Shown: positions 20,763-31,429 of the stretch, in pieces
Layout: every line of letters begins with the position of its first letter
Numbering within the stretch: position 1 is the stretch's first letter
NCBI GenBank assembly: GCA_963664115.2
Contig: CAXWPJ010000009.1
Span: forward strand, 672,001-736,000
DNA from: Terriglobia bacterium
Lineage (GTDB): Bacteria > Acidobacteriota > Terriglobia > 20CM-2-55-15
Reading direction: 5' to 3'
DNA length: 64,000 nucleotides
Notes under the pieces: model-generated
The model's input: the letters and a program-made list of their open reading frames with translations, nothing else
Database searches by the model: none
Told to the model about the DNA's origin: nothing
Translations under genes and position numbers: made by a program

Positions 20763-22985
20763 CTAGTTGGCCGTTAACAAGAAGTTATCCAGATACGCCC
20801 CGAATTCGGCATCCAGAAACAGCCCCGGTGCACCCTCGCGATTCCCGATCGGGTCGACGTGGTCGATGAGCCATTCCGCCGGTTCCACATCACCGACCTG
20901 CCACGCTTTGCCCTGCACGCGGACCTGGCCGTCAGGCAGGTTTTCCACGCGCACCTTCATCCGATACCACATGTCCGGTTCCCAGCTGAATGGAATTGTC
21001 ACTGAGCGTTCGATTTCTGGCTCCCAGGGCTCAAGCTTCAGCTTCTGCGTGGTGCCATACAGAACAAGGGAATAAGTTTGGGCCGTGATTCCGACGTCGG
21101 CCATTTGGCGGCGGCGCGTCGGTGCCCTAACGTCGGCCTGAAACGTGTAGTCGGACCAGTCCGTAGGTCCGAAAAACATTCGGGCCCGTCCGAAGATCGT
21201 ATTGTCGGGAGGTTTTTCAAAGACCCGGTTCCCGTCGAGCGTCGAGACCGTAAACCGGCCCGCTTGCGCGTTGATCCATCCAGGTGGCAGCTCACCATCC
21301 ATATAGGCTTCGAACCCTTCCTCATAGGGGAACGGATGAACTACTCTGGCCCTGGATTCTCCTGTGAGTCCACCCACCGTCGCACGGATTACGCCGGCCT
21401 GTAACTGAGGCTCATTCGAAACAGTGAAGCTTCCGTCGTTACCCAGTGTTCCCTCCAGACCATCGAGTGCCCACTGAGCATCGGCCTCGCGGAGGAAACG
21501 CCCCTGGCCGTCAAACAGCCGCGCCCGAAGCTGGACAGTTTCCCCAGGTTCGAGCACCATCTCTGTGGGCACGACCTGGACGTGGGTGGGAGCGCCTTCG
21601 CCCCCGGCGATGACGTCGTCGACAGCCCATCCGTCGAGCGAGGACGCAACGCGCGAGCCAATGGCGTAAACGGCATCACTGGTAACGAAGAAAACACGGC
21701 CCCGTGAAACGGCAGCTCCCGCGACGACCTGCTCCGCGGTACCCTCGGAACTGCAACAACTGTCCGTACTCACCGGCAGCTCGACTCGACTCAGAACCTC
21801 GGCACTCGACTCTCCAGGCCGAACGATATAGAATGCGCCGCCGTTGGTCCCCACATAGATCTTGCCGTCAGCTAACACAGGTGCGGCCCGCTGGGCATTG
21901 CCGAGTGGCAGCGACCACAGCTCTTCGCCGGTTTCGGTGTCATACGCCACCAACGTCGATCCGCTGTCGATCTGATAGAGCCGGTCCCCGTCGATGACCG
22001 GGGACGCGTAACCCAACTCCCGTCCCTTCACGTTCCAGATCGTCTCTGTAATCTCTCCACTACGGCCCCCGGCGATGGCTGCGATCATGCCCAACTCGTT
22101 ACCTTCGAGGTTTTCATCGCCGTGAGAGATAAAGACAACGTCGTCCTTGACGACGACACCCGTGTTCACTGCCCGCCGCGCTGCGGGAAAGCTCCACACC
22201 ACCTCACCGGTCTGGGGCTTGATGGCATGAATACCTCCATTCCCAAGTCCCTGAATCAGCAGTCGCTGGCCGTCAATGGTCGCAATCGTCGCCGGCGCAT
22301 ATGCCGTGTCGAACGGCCGACCGCCGGGAGCAGTGACGTAAACGATCTCCCCAGTCCGTTTGTCGAGCCCCACCAGCCTATGGGCCCGATTCCAGTTCGA
22401 TCCCCAGCTGGATATCGCGGCGGATACGATCACCAGATCGCCATCGATCAGTGGGGAAGATGTCCGGCCACCGTGCGTCGTAAACGCCGCCCACTCCTCG
22501 GCAAACGATCGCTGCCAGAGAAGCTCACCGTCCGGGGTCAAAGCAACCACCATTGCGTTCCCGCTCATCGCGTAGATGTTTCCGGTTTCGGGGTCTGCAG
22601 CAGGGGAGGCCCAGCCTACCCGGTGCGGAGGGACATCGCTCTGGAATATATTGAACCGGTAGTCCCAAATCACCTCTCCGGTATCCGCGTCGAGCGCCAT
22701 CACCCGTTCCTGAAGCTCGGGCCCTCGCTCGGCAGGGTTTTGAACGTAGACGCGATTGCCCATAACGATCGGCGTCGAGCGGCCACCGTAGGGAGCGCGC
22801 CAGAGGAAGTTCGTCCCGTTCAGCTCCCATGTTTCCGGAAGGCCCGTCTCCAGCGACGAGCCGTCCCTGTGGGGACCGCGAATCTCCGGCCAATCACCCA
22901 AGGCAACCCGGCCAGGATCCTGCCCGGCTGCGATCACGACCACATTCAGCAGCAGAGTCAAAAGTAGAGCTGGTTTTCTCAACAT
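20763..22985 (-). CDS. Exported PQQ-like beta-propeller with Ig-like and C-terminal beta-sandwich (lectin-like) domains
   Basis: DWPEIRGP, blade repeats, VQVVPTEMVLEPGETVQLRARL Ig-like segment, DWSDYTFQADV / WYRMKVRV / LDNF C-terminal domain. Confidence 0.8.
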   Translation of the reverse strand: MLRKPALLLTLLLNVVVIAAGQDPGRVALGDWPEIRGPHRDGSSLETGLPETWELNGTNFLWRAPYGGRSTPIVMGNRVYVQNPAERGPELQERVMALDADTGEVIWDYRFNIFQSDVPPHRVGWASPAADPETGNIYAMSGNAMVVALTPDGELLWQRSFAEEWAAFTTHGGRTSSPLIDGDLVIVSAAISSWGSNWNRAHRLVGLDKRTGEIVYVTAPGGRPFDTAYAPATIATIDGQRLLIQGLGNGGIHAIKPQTGEVVWSFPAARRAVNTGVVVKDDVVFISHGDENLEGNELGMIAAIAGGRSGEITETIWNVKGRELGYASPVIDGDRLYQIDSGSTLVAYDTETGEELWSLPLGNAQRAAPVLADGKIYVGTNGGAFYIVRPGESSAEVLSRVELPVSTDSCCSSEGTAEQVVAGAAVSRGRVFFVTSDAVYAIGSRVASSLDGWAVDDVIAGGEGAPTHVQVVPTEMVLEPGETVQLRARLFDGQGRFLREADAQWALDGLEGTLGNDGSFTVSNEPQLQAGVIRATVGGLTGESRARVVHPFPYEEGFEAYMDGELPPGWINAQAGRFTVSTLDGNRVFEKPPDNTIFGRARMFFGPTDWSDYTFQADVRAPTRRRQMADVGITAQTYSLVLYGTTQKLKLEPWEPEIERSVTIPFSWEPDMWYRMKVRVENLPDGQVRVQGKAWQVGDVEPAEWLIDHVDPIGNREGAPGLFLDAEFGAYLDNFLLTAN

Positions 22986-23109
22986 AAGGAAATGTCCTTC
23001 GATAAATTCCTCTATGAAGAAACTACTGGCCTGGTAAGGTTGATTAAGAAATATATCGTAGGCAATTGGGGACGGGGCGAATTTCTATAAAAAAATCGTC
23101 TTCCTCCCC

Positions 23110-24357
23110 TTAAGGCCCCCCGCGAATATTGTACGCGGTGACCGTTCCCTGGTCCCGGACATAGAGGGTGCCGTCACTTACGACGGGATGGGCCCGGCTC
23201 GGGAAACCCTGGTCGGGCATCTCGAATCGTCCCTTCTCCGTGTAACCGGTCGGCGCCGCTTCAACCAGGCCTACGACATTGTTCTCGCTCAAGATGTAGA
23301 GATGGCCGTCCGCATAAACGAGGGATCCCTTGCCCACGCTGCGGTCTCGCCACATCCTTTCTCCAGTCGCAAAATCGAGACATGTAAGAATGGAGTTGTT
23401 GAACCCGTAGAGATATCCATCAACCACGACGACACCTCCGTGATGGTTCCTCATGTCCCGCGTGAAATAAAGTTCCTCGGCGGCGACCTCTCCCCCTTGG
23501 CTTCTCAGCTCCAACAACCCCCCGCCGGTGCCGTAAGCCGAAGTATAGAAAACCTTATTGTCATAAAAGACCGGAGTGGCGACGTTGGCGGTCCTATTCG
23601 CCGCCCCCGTGTATTTCCACATCAATCCGCCGTCTCGCGCCCGGAGACCCACGCCCGCCTCGTCGGTCAGCGTCATTACCGTCCGGACGCCGTCGATCTC
23701 GGCAACGATGGCTGAAGCGTAGCCAGCCCTGTCACTGAGTCCTTCGCTGGCCCATATGGTTTCCCCGGTCCGTTTGTCCAAAGCCACAACCGCCGCGTCT
23801 CGACCACCCGGCGACACGATCACCATGTTGCCATCAACGAGAGGCGATTCGCTGATCAGCCAATCGATATTTCGTCCGCCGAACTCCTGGAGGATGTTGA
23901 GTTGCCAAACGATTGAACCGTCACCGGCTTCGAGGCAGACCAAGTCCCCGTTCTCGGTCAGAACATAGAGCCGGCCATCGTCAATGGTCGGTGTGCCTCG
24001 AGGCCCGGGGCCTTCTCTATTTCTACGACCCTCACCGAGGGCCCGGGACCAGATCAGGCGCCCATTGCTGCGGTCCAGGCTGGCGACAGCACTCTGCTGC
24101 CCAACCAACATCTGAAGATAGATGCGCTCACCGGCAACAGCCAGCGATCCGTATCCCGCACCGAGACCCAAGGTTTGCCACAAGCGGTTCGGGCCCGACG
24201 CCGGCCACTCGCTCAGCAAGCCAGATTCTTCTGAGACTCCGTCACGGTTTGGACCGCGCCACTGGGGCCAATCTGTAACCGTCTCAGTTTGCCCCCCAAC
24301 GAGGTCAGTCGTTGCGAGAAACAGCGCAACGCTCATGAGGCACAGGCGCACTATCAT
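23110..24357 (-). CDS. Exported PQQ-like beta-propeller protein
   Basis: Signal peptide, DWPQWRGPNRDG, GPRGTPT, SESPLVDG, HPVVSDGTLYVRD. Confidence 0.87.
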   Translation of the reverse strand: MIVRLCLMSVALFLATTDLVGGQTETVTDWPQWRGPNRDGVSEESGLLSEWPASGPNRLWQTLGLGAGYGSLAVAGERIYLQMLVGQQSAVASLDRSNGRLIWSRALGEGRRNREGPGPRGTPTIDDGRLYVLTENGDLVCLEAGDGSIVWQLNILQEFGGRNIDWLISESPLVDGNMVIVSPGGRDAAVVALDKRTGETIWASEGLSDRAGYASAIVAEIDGVRTVMTLTDEAGVGLRARDGGLMWKYTGAANRTANVATPVFYDNKVFYTSAYGTGGGLLELRSQGGEVAAEELYFTRDMRNHHGGVVVVDGYLYGFNNSILTCLDFATGERMWRDRSVGKGSLVYADGHLYILSENNVVGLVEAAPTGYTEKGRFEMPDQGFPSRAHPVVSDGTLYVRDQGTVTAYNIRGGP

Positions 24358-24401
24358 CGCCGTACTCCGATATCCGATTGATTTTCCAATTTGCGCACTG
24401 T

Positions 24402-24676
24402 TAGCAGCCCGTAGCAGGAGTCTCGAGGGCCGCGCGCAGGGGTCTTCGGGTTGCGGGCGCGAAGTGAGGAGCGGAGCGATGTCTTTTCATCGTGACCGAC
24501 GAACGACAAAGCCTGCGGCCCGAACCCCCCTGTGCCCACAGGGTTACGGCGAAACGGGCCCGTCTTCGTTGTTGTCGACTCCTCCCAATGGATGAGCATT
24601 ATTTCGTCGTCGCCTCCTAGAATCCGGTCCCGTTTGGCCGTAACGCGGCCCTCGAGACTTCTGCTACGGGCTGCTA
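24402..24676. mobile_element. MITE-like non-autonomous element (275 bp)
   Basis: 33-bp terminal inverted repeats 24402-24434 and 24644-24676 (TAGCAGCCCGTAGCAG[G/A]AGTCTCGAGGGCCGCG, 1 mismatch); no transposase ORF inside. Confidence 0.75.
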
Positions 24677-24743
24677 GCCATCCAGCCGCGAGACAGTTAA
24701 CATATTATGAACCACGATGACACTTTCGGCGGGGGCCTTCAAC

Positions 24744-27700
24744 ATGAATTCAAAGCTTGCCTTCGGACTGGCGTTGACCCTGTGGGTAGCGAGCCCTGCG
24801 CTTGCGCAATCCTACAGAGCCTCGATTCGCGGGATCGTCGTCGATCCGTCCGGGGCCGCCGTTCCCGAGACTAGGTTAGAGATCACGAATGAAGCGACTG
24901 GAGACACACGTATCGCAACTACGGGACCGGATGGGCGCTTTGCCATATCGACGCTGCTTCCGGGCGACATTCTAATCGAAGCGGAACAGGACGGTTACGC
25001 CAGGTACGTATCCCGCACAAGGCTCCGGGTTCGTCAAGAGTTGTGGCTCAACGTGACACTGAGCCTGGGTAACGTGAGTGAAGAAATTATAGTTACGGCA
25101 CCGGCCGTGGTGATCGATCAGGAATCGGCTGCTCTCGGCACTGTGATCGATGATCGGCAGATAACGGGTCTTCCCCTGGACGGGCGCAACTTCCTGGAGC
25201 TATCCTTGCTCGCACCGGGTGTCGCACCCGCTCCGGAGGGCTCGGCCAGCTCTCTTCGCGGCGATTTCGCCTTTACGGTAAACGGCGCACGTGAAGATGC
25301 TCAGAGCTTCCTGCTCGACGGTGTCTATAACATCGATCCCAAACTGAATACACCCGGCGTCCGTCCACCGGTGGACGCAATCCGCGAATTCGAGGTATTG
25401 ACAGGAACTTACAACGCTTCGTTTGGACGCAACGCTGCCGGCCAGATCAACGTCGTCACGCGCTCAGGTGAAAACGAACTCCACGGAACGATTTACGGTT
25501 TCCTCCGGACACGTTCGCTCAATTCGCGCAACTACTTTGCACCCGAGAACGAGGCGGAGCCGGATTACAACAGGAGACAGTACGGCGGATCGATCGGCGG
25601 CCCGATCGTTGCCAACCGTACATTCTTCTTCGCTGACTACGAGCACACCCGACTGAGGGAAGGTGTCACACGGGTTACGAACGTGCCGACGCTGGCTGAA
25701 CGCAACGGTGACTTTTCACAGAGTCTGCTTCCAGCGCCAGTCAACCCTTTTAGCGGTCAGCCGTTTTCGGATAACAGCATTCCGAGCTTTTTCATCCACC
25801 CCGTCGGAAGTGCGATTGCCGCTCTCTATCCCGAGCCCAACCGCGCTGAACCTTTTGCGAACTTCGTGTCTTCGCCGATGCTCTCCGACGACGTCGACCA
25901 TTTTGACCTGAGGATCGATCACAACTTCTCTGGAGGCTCCCGGTTCATGACGCGTTACAGCTTCAACGATCGGCGCTTTTTTGAACCGTTCGCATCGGGC
26001 GTCAGCGTCCCGGGATATGGCACCGATGTTCCGCGACGCGGTCAGAATCTGGCCATCGGCGTCACCCAACCCTTCGGCGGAAGCATGGTCCATGACATTC
26101 GCGTCGGATACACACGAGTCTCAATTGGTGTCTTTCATGAGAACCAGGGACGTAGCGTCAATCAGGAAGTGGGTCTGCCCGATCTGTCGCCGAACCCGCG
26201 CGATTTCGGGCTGAGTCAGATCACGGTAACGGGCTTTTCGCCGCTGGGAGACGAATTCACAAGCCCCCAGCAAAGTACAACGGACATGTGGCAACTGATT
26301 GACACCGTGAACTGGGCGCAGGGCCCGCACTTGGTCACTGCCGGATTCGACATTCGGCATGTCCGACAGGAGGCCTATCGCGACGTCCAGTCGCGCGGTT
26401 TCCTGAACTTCTCGGACCGATATGTCACTGGCAATGGACTGGCCGATCTCTTGCTCGGCTTTCCTCTCGTTACGGGGGGCGCCATTCTGGATAATCCCCA
26501 ACGCCTCCGGTCTTCAGGATGGAGCGCCTTTGCGCAGGACGGTTGGAGATTGCGAGACGATCTGACGCTGACGGCTGGACTTCGCTACGAGTACATAGGG
26601 CCGGGGGTGGATGCCGACGACAGGGCAAATCTATACGATCCTGCAACTGGAGGGTTCGTACAGGTGGGTACTGGCGATATGCCACGCGGCGGTTACGAAC
26701 CGGACCGCAACAACTGGGGCCCGCGGCTCGGACTGGCCTGGACGCCGGACGCTGCCAGAAGGACCGTCATTCGTGGCGGTTACGGAATTTATTACAACCA
26801 GGGTGCTTTGGCCACGGGCGAAGGCCTCTACTTCAATGCTCCTTATTTTGATTTGAAGCTTTTCGTTCCCGCACCTGGCATTCCGCCGGTGACGCTCCAG
26901 GATCCCTTTCCTCAGTCGTACCCGCTCGAACTTCCCGCGTCAGCCACAGCCTATCAGCGAGACCTCCAGACAGGCCGGCTCGAACAATGGAGCATAGGGG
27001 TGCAACGGCAACTGGGTGAGGCCCGAACAATCGAGGTGGCATACGTGGGATCACGAGGCCGTCATCTGATCGCCGCGCGTGACCTCAACCAACCCGATCC
27101 GAGTCCGGTCCCACTGAACCTCAGGCCGAATCCGCTTTTGGCAGACATCACGCTGATCGAGTCTCGCGGTAAATCCAAGTACCACGCCCTCCAAATCAAG
27201 TTCCAGCAGCGTTCCGCCCGAGGTCTCTCCGTGCTCGCAGCTTACACCTATGGTAAATCCCAGGATGACGCCTCCGGATTCTTCGCCAGCACAGGCGACT
27301 CCAATTTCCCGCAGGACAGCCGGAATCCTGAGTTGGAATACGCGCGTTCCAGCTTCGACGTCAGACACCGGTTTTCAACGAGTTTAGCTTGGGAGATGCC
27401 GTTCGGGACCGGTCAACGTTGGCTGACGGACAATGGCGTGCTTTCGACTGTGTTGGCTGACTGGGAACTGCAGGGCATCGTGACACTGCAGAGCGGCCGC
27501 CCGTTTACGGTGGCACTGCTGCCCGAATTCGACAACAGCAATACCGGGTTCTCCACACTGGGTTTCGGTGCGAACGACCGGCCGAACCTTGTCGGCAATC
27601 CCGTCCTGGACAATCCGACACCCGAGCAGTGGTTCAACGTTGGGGCTTTTACGGTGCCGGATTTCGGGAGCTTTGGCGATGCCGGCCGGAACATCCTGGA

Positions 27701-27914
27701 AGGACCCGATTTTCAGAACGTGAACCTGTCGTTATCAAAGACAATATCTGTTGGAGAAGGGGTGGATCTTCAGCTTCGGGCGGAAGCGTTCAACTTATTC
27801 AACCGCTCAAACTTCAATCTGCCTGACGCTTTCGTGGGCTCGCCAACGTTTGGACAAGTCGTTTCTACCGAGAACCCGAGACGATGCCAGTTCGGCGTCA
27901 AGTTGATCTTTTAG
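24744..27914 (+). CDS. Oar-like TonB-dependent receptor with N-terminal carboxypeptidase-regulatory-like domain
   Basis: Signal peptide, GIVVDPSGAAVP, LPLDGRNFLEL, DAIREFEV..YNASFG, AQDGWR, NNWGPRLG, LRAEAFNLFN, C-terminal Phe. Confidence 0.93.
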   Translation: MNSKLAFGLALTLWVASPALAQSYRASIRGIVVDPSGAAVPETRLEITNEATGDTRIATTGPDGRFAISTLLPGDILIEAEQDGYARYVSRTRLRVRQELWLNVTLSLGNVSEEIIVTAPAVVIDQESAALGTVIDDRQITGLPLDGRNFLELSLLAPGVAPAPEGSASSLRGDFAFTVNGAREDAQSFLLDGVYNIDPKLNTPGVRPPVDAIREFEVLTGTYNASFGRNAAGQINVVTRSGENELHGTIYGFLRTRSLNSRNYFAPENEAEPDYNRRQYGGSIGGPIVANRTFFFADYEHTRLREGVTRVTNVPTLAERNGDFSQSLLPAPVNPFSGQPFSDNSIPSFFIHPVGSAIAALYPEPNRAEPFANFVSSPMLSDDVDHFDLRIDHNFSGGSRFMTRYSFNDRRFFEPFASGVSVPGYGTDVPRRGQNLAIGVTQPFGGSMVHDIRVGYTRVSIGVFHENQGRSVNQEVGLPDLSPNPRDFGLSQITVTGFSPLGDEFTSPQQSTTDMWQLIDTVNWAQGPHLVTAGFDIRHVRQEAYRDVQSRGFLNFSDRYVTGNGLADLLLGFPLVTGGAILDNPQRLRSSGWSAFAQDGWRLRDDLTLTAGLRYEYIGPGVDADDRANLYDPATGGFVQVGTGDMPRGGYEPDRNNWGPRLGLAWTPDAARRTVIRGGYGIYYNQGALATGEGLYFNAPYFDLKLFVPAPGIPPVTLQDPFPQSYPLELPASATAYQRDLQTGRLEQWSIGVQRQLGEARTIEVAYVGSRGRHLIAARDLNQPDPSPVPLNLRPNPLLADITLIESRGKSKYHALQIKFQQRSARGLSVLAAYTYGKSQDDASGFFASTGDSNFPQDSRNPELEYARSSFDVRHRFSTSLAWEMPFGTGQRWLTDNGVLSTVLADWELQGIVTLQSGRPFTVALLPEFDNSNTGFSTLGFGANDRPNLVGNPVLDNPTPEQWFNVGAFTVPDFGSFGDAGRNILEGPDFQNVNLSLSKTISVGEGVDLQLRAEAFNLFNRSNFNLPDAFVGSPTFGQVVSTENPRRCQFGVKLIF

Positions 27915-28059
27915 GGCACTGTCAACTGGGGGTCCCAACGTCGATCCTGTGCCGGATCGGCTCAAGTTGACAGCAACCACTGTCCGACTATACTGCCTCA
28001 AGGCCTCTAATTTTTTCCTATCCGCCGTAACAGAGAGCGGCACCAGAGAAAGGAAAGAC

Positions 28060-28536
28060 ATGGCATTTGACGCTCAAATGCAACGGCAGATCATGGGACG
28101 GTTCGCGACGGGTGTGACGGTGGTGACCACCCGGTATGGCGATGGAGAAAACACGGGGATGACGGCCAATGCGGTGATGTCGCTTTCTCTGGATCCGCCG
28201 CTGGTTGTGATCTCGGTGGATAAGAAAGCGCTGATTCATGGATGTTTGAGCGATGGGCAATGCTACGCGATCAACATCCTGACCCGCGATCAGGAAGATT
28301 TATCGACACGTTTCGCCACATCGGGACCGAAAGATCTGTCGGGCCTGGAGTGGACTGAATCCCAGACTGGGGCTCCGATTCTTAAGGACACGCTGGGATA
28401 CCTGGACTGCAAGTTGACAGATATCCTGCCGGCAGGGGATCACGATATGTTTGTCGGTGAGGTTGTCGCAGGCGATCTGGGTGAGGGGCTGCCCCTGCTC
28501 TTTTATAGCGGGAAATATCGGAAGCTTGGGGAATAA
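28060..28536 (+). CDS. Flavin reductase-like protein (HpaC/DszD type)
   Basis: RFATGVTVVTT, GMTANA..SLSLDPPL, AGDHDMFVGEV, PLLFYSG; ATG at 28060. Confidence 0.9.
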   Translation: MAFDAQMQRQIMGRFATGVTVVTTRYGDGENTGMTANAVMSLSLDPPLVVISVDKKALIHGCLSDGQCYAINILTRDQEDLSTRFATSGPKDLSGLEWTESQTGAPILKDTLGYLDCKLTDILPAGDHDMFVGEVVAGDLGEGLPLLFYSGKYRKLGE

Positions 28537-28854
28537 GAAGACCTGCTGAGTCTGTTTCGATCAGTCAGGCACAGACCAATATCGGCCCATCAAGGCTTCT
28601 GCGATCACCTTGTTTTGCGACTTGAGAAACGATCATGGCGGGTTGATTGATCGCGCCATCCCCAAGCTTAAGCCCACAATGACATTCCGATTCTGGACCT
28701 TTGCATGGGATCCACGTGCCTAATTGGCAGTAGTGGCGGTATAAACGATCAGAATAGGGCCCGATGACTGGCTGCCAGCAAGGGGTAAGGACGGACTCGA
28801 TGCCCTCGCAACGGGCATTCCGGCCATTAAACAATTCGCTATACTGTTTCAGCC

Positions 28855-29970
28855 ATGCAAGCCGCTGATTCCGGAAATAGAGAAGCATCGCCCTCTCGAG
28901 TGGAAGCAGCCCGCACTGATCTCGATGCCTGGGTACGTGAAGTTGTCGCCTGGCACTTCGATCCAGCGACCGGTTGTCCGTTCTGGCTGGAGCGGGCGGC
29001 GGAACTTGGCTGGGATCCGGTGAGGGAAATCCAGGGTTTCAGCGATCTGCGCCGCTTTGGTCCGTTTGATGACGAATGGTTGCGAGGCGGCCCTGTAAGA
29101 CGTTGGGTACCGCGCGGCCTCTCCGATAAACCCGTATTTGTCTTCGAAACGGGCGGCACGACCGGTATTCCTAAGACACGCATAAACTGCGAGGACTTTC
29201 GGACGGACTACGACATATTCAGCGAAACGCTTCCGGAAGAGTCCTTCCCGAAAGGGGCAAACTGGCTCATGGTCGGCCCCTCAGGTCCCCGTCGGCTGCG
29301 ACTGGCGGTCGAACACCTGGCCCAATATCGCGGCGGCATCTGCTTTCTTGTGGATCTGGATCCTCGATGGGTGATCAAGCTCATCAAGAAAGGGTGGACA
29401 GAGCACTTGAATGAGTACAAGAACCATGTGATCGACCAGGCCGTAACCATCCTCCGTGCGAACCACGACATCCGCTGTCTTTTCACTACACCGAAACTGC
29501 TTGAAGCCCTGGCCCTGCGCCTGGAAACGATGGACACGACGATTCGCAGAGAAGGCATCACGGGTGTTTTCTCGGGAGGCACCGAATTCACACCACAGTG
29601 GAATCGCTTTGCGCACGAGGAACTGCTCGACGGAGCGTATATGACCCCGACCTATGGCAATACGCTGATGGGCCTCGCCCCAAGTGCTCCGAGCGGACCA
29701 CACAACGGCTACAAGATCGCATACTACGCACCACAACCCCGTGCCGTCATTGAGGTCGTGGACCTGGATGATGAAGAACGTGTCGTGGAATATGGCGAAA
29801 CCGGGCGAGTCAGAGTAACGACGCTGACGAAGGAATTCTTCATGCCCGGTTTCCTTGAACGCGACGAAGGTGAGCGCGAGCCCCCCTGCGATCTCTACAC
29901 CTGGGACGGGGTGAGCGGTGTGCGGCCGTTTCGTGAGCTTGCTGCGGCGACCACTGTGGGCGTCTATTGA
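28855..29970 (+). CDS. EhpF-like atypical ANL adenylating enzyme
   Basis: WHFDPATGCPFW, ETGGTTGIPK P-loop, DLDPRWV, TTP, GGTE, YG, VEYGETG, ERD and GVY C-terminus match my recollection of EhpF; 371 aa, lacking the small C-terminal ANL domain. Confidence 0.75.
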   Translation: MQAADSGNREASPSRVEAARTDLDAWVREVVAWHFDPATGCPFWLERAAELGWDPVREIQGFSDLRRFGPFDDEWLRGGPVRRWVPRGLSDKPVFVFETGGTTGIPKTRINCEDFRTDYDIFSETLPEESFPKGANWLMVGPSGPRRLRLAVEHLAQYRGGICFLVDLDPRWVIKLIKKGWTEHLNEYKNHVIDQAVTILRANHDIRCLFTTPKLLEALALRLETMDTTIRREGITGVFSGGTEFTPQWNRFAHEELLDGAYMTPTYGNTLMGLAPSAPSGPHNGYKIAYYAPQPRAVIEVVDLDDEERVVEYGETGRVRVTTLTKEFFMPGFLERDEGEREPPCDLYTWDGVSGVRPFRELAAATTVGVY

Positions 29971-31400
29971 GAATGATTACCCTTCCTGTCTTACGCTGGG
30001 GTCAACCCTACGAAAGCCTTGATCTGGACGAAGTCGTTCATTTCTCGACGGGTGAACCGGTCGCCAGGGTCGGTCGTGCCAACAGTGGACTGATCCAGAG
30101 GGACATGCGCAAGGCTCAAAACGCCCGCGACGCTTTACGTGCGATTCCAGTCGACGAGTTACTGAAAAGAGTCCAACGTGCCGGTGAGATTTACATGACC
30201 GCTACAGTTCCGATGGGAGACGGAGCGCAAACCCCCGAAGAATTCGTCCGGGCCCAGTCGGCCAGCACCGGCTTGCCCGAACAGATGTGCCGGACCAACA
30301 TGGAAAAGAACCGATTCGTGCTTTCAGAGATGCCTAACATCCTCGCATCGCTGACGCGCGGCCTGGATCTGGAGGTCCTCAACCAGGGATTCGGCGAGGA
30401 ACATGAGGTGCCGATCAGCTTTCAGGCCCAAAGCCCTGTGCTGGGCGTGGTGCTGCCGTCCAACTCCCCCGGCGTACACACCTTGTGGTTACCCATCATT
30501 GCCTTGCAGATCGGTCTTGTCCTCAAGCCTGGACCTCAGGAACCCTGGACGCCGTATCGAATGGTCAATGCATTCTTCGAAGCCGGAATTCCTCGGGAAG
30601 CCTTTTCAATTTACCCCGGTGAAGCCGACATTGGCGCGGCCGTGCTCGATGCTTCAAGCCGCAGCCTCATATTCGGCGGCGAGGCCACGGTTGAGCGTTA
30701 TCGGGGCAACCCCGGAGTCCAGGCTCACGGACCGGGATTATCGAAGATTATTTTCGGTGACGACCAGGTGGACAATTGGGAGAAACACCTGGACCTGATG
30801 GTGGAGAGTGTCGCGGTCAACAGCGGCCGCAGCTGTATCAACGCCTCAGGGATTTGGGTCAGTCGACATGCCCGAGAGATCGCGGACGCCCTGGCCAGCC
30901 GACTGGCCCGGATACGCCCGCGACCCCCGGAAGATCCGGAATCCACTTTGGCGGCGTTCACCGTCACCGGTGTGGCCGAAGCCATTTCGCAATCGATCGA
31001 CGCCGACATACAGGCTCCTGGCGTCCACGATGTCACTGCAAACTTTCGGAATGGGAGCCGACTGGTAGACGTCGGACTCGCCGACTATCTGCTGCCGACA
31101 GTGATCCATTCCGAGTCACCGGAGAACGGGATCGCGAAAAAGGAGTACATGTTCCCGTTTGTCTGCGTCGTCGAATGCCCGGAAGCGGAGATGATTCGAG
31201 CGATCGGACCCACATTGGTTTGCAGTGCGATCACTTGCGACGAAGACTTCCGGCGTCGCCTGGTCGACGCCGTGAATATCGACCGGCTGAATCTGGGTCC
31301 GGTCCCGACGACGAAACTCAACTGGCTCCAGCCTCACGAAGGGAACATCGTCGAGTTTCTATTTCGCGCACGCGCATTTCAGAACGCGCCGTTCACCTAA
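29967..31400 (+). CDS. Aldehyde dehydrogenase / acyl-reductase fold protein (EhpG/LuxC-like)
   Basis: VVLPSNSP, LVLKPG, IFGG, HGPGLSK, SGRSCINAS (catalytic Cys), EYMFPF; overlaps the upstream stop. Confidence 0.8.
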   Translation: MRMITLPVLRWGQPYESLDLDEVVHFSTGEPVARVGRANSGLIQRDMRKAQNARDALRAIPVDELLKRVQRAGEIYMTATVPMGDGAQTPEEFVRAQSASTGLPEQMCRTNMEKNRFVLSEMPNILASLTRGLDLEVLNQGFGEEHEVPISFQAQSPVLGVVLPSNSPGVHTLWLPIIALQIGLVLKPGPQEPWTPYRMVNAFFEAGIPREAFSIYPGEADIGAAVLDASSRSLIFGGEATVERYRGNPGVQAHGPGLSKIIFGDDQVDNWEKHLDLMVESVAVNSGRSCINASGIWVSRHAREIADALASRLARIRPRPPEDPESTLAAFTVTGVAEAISQSIDADIQAPGVHDVTANFRNGSRLVDVGLADYLLPTVIHSESPENGIAKKEYMFPFVCVVECPEAEMIRAIGPTLVCSAITCDEDFRRRLVDAVNIDRLNLGPVPTTKLNWLQPHEGNIVEFLFRARAFQNAPFT

Positions 31401-31429
31401 TAGCAGTCGTCCGGGGAGGGCCGAAGTGA

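Noticed and set aside
18129-24357. Calling the propellers BamB or PQQ dehydrogenases
   Set aside because: Only the generic blade repeat is visible; no bam context or quinoprotein catalytic motifs identified
28565-28850. 107-aa ORF or transporter remnant between the flavin reductase and the EhpF-like gene
   Set aside because: No convincing motifs; resemblance to a membrane-protein fragment is too weak to support
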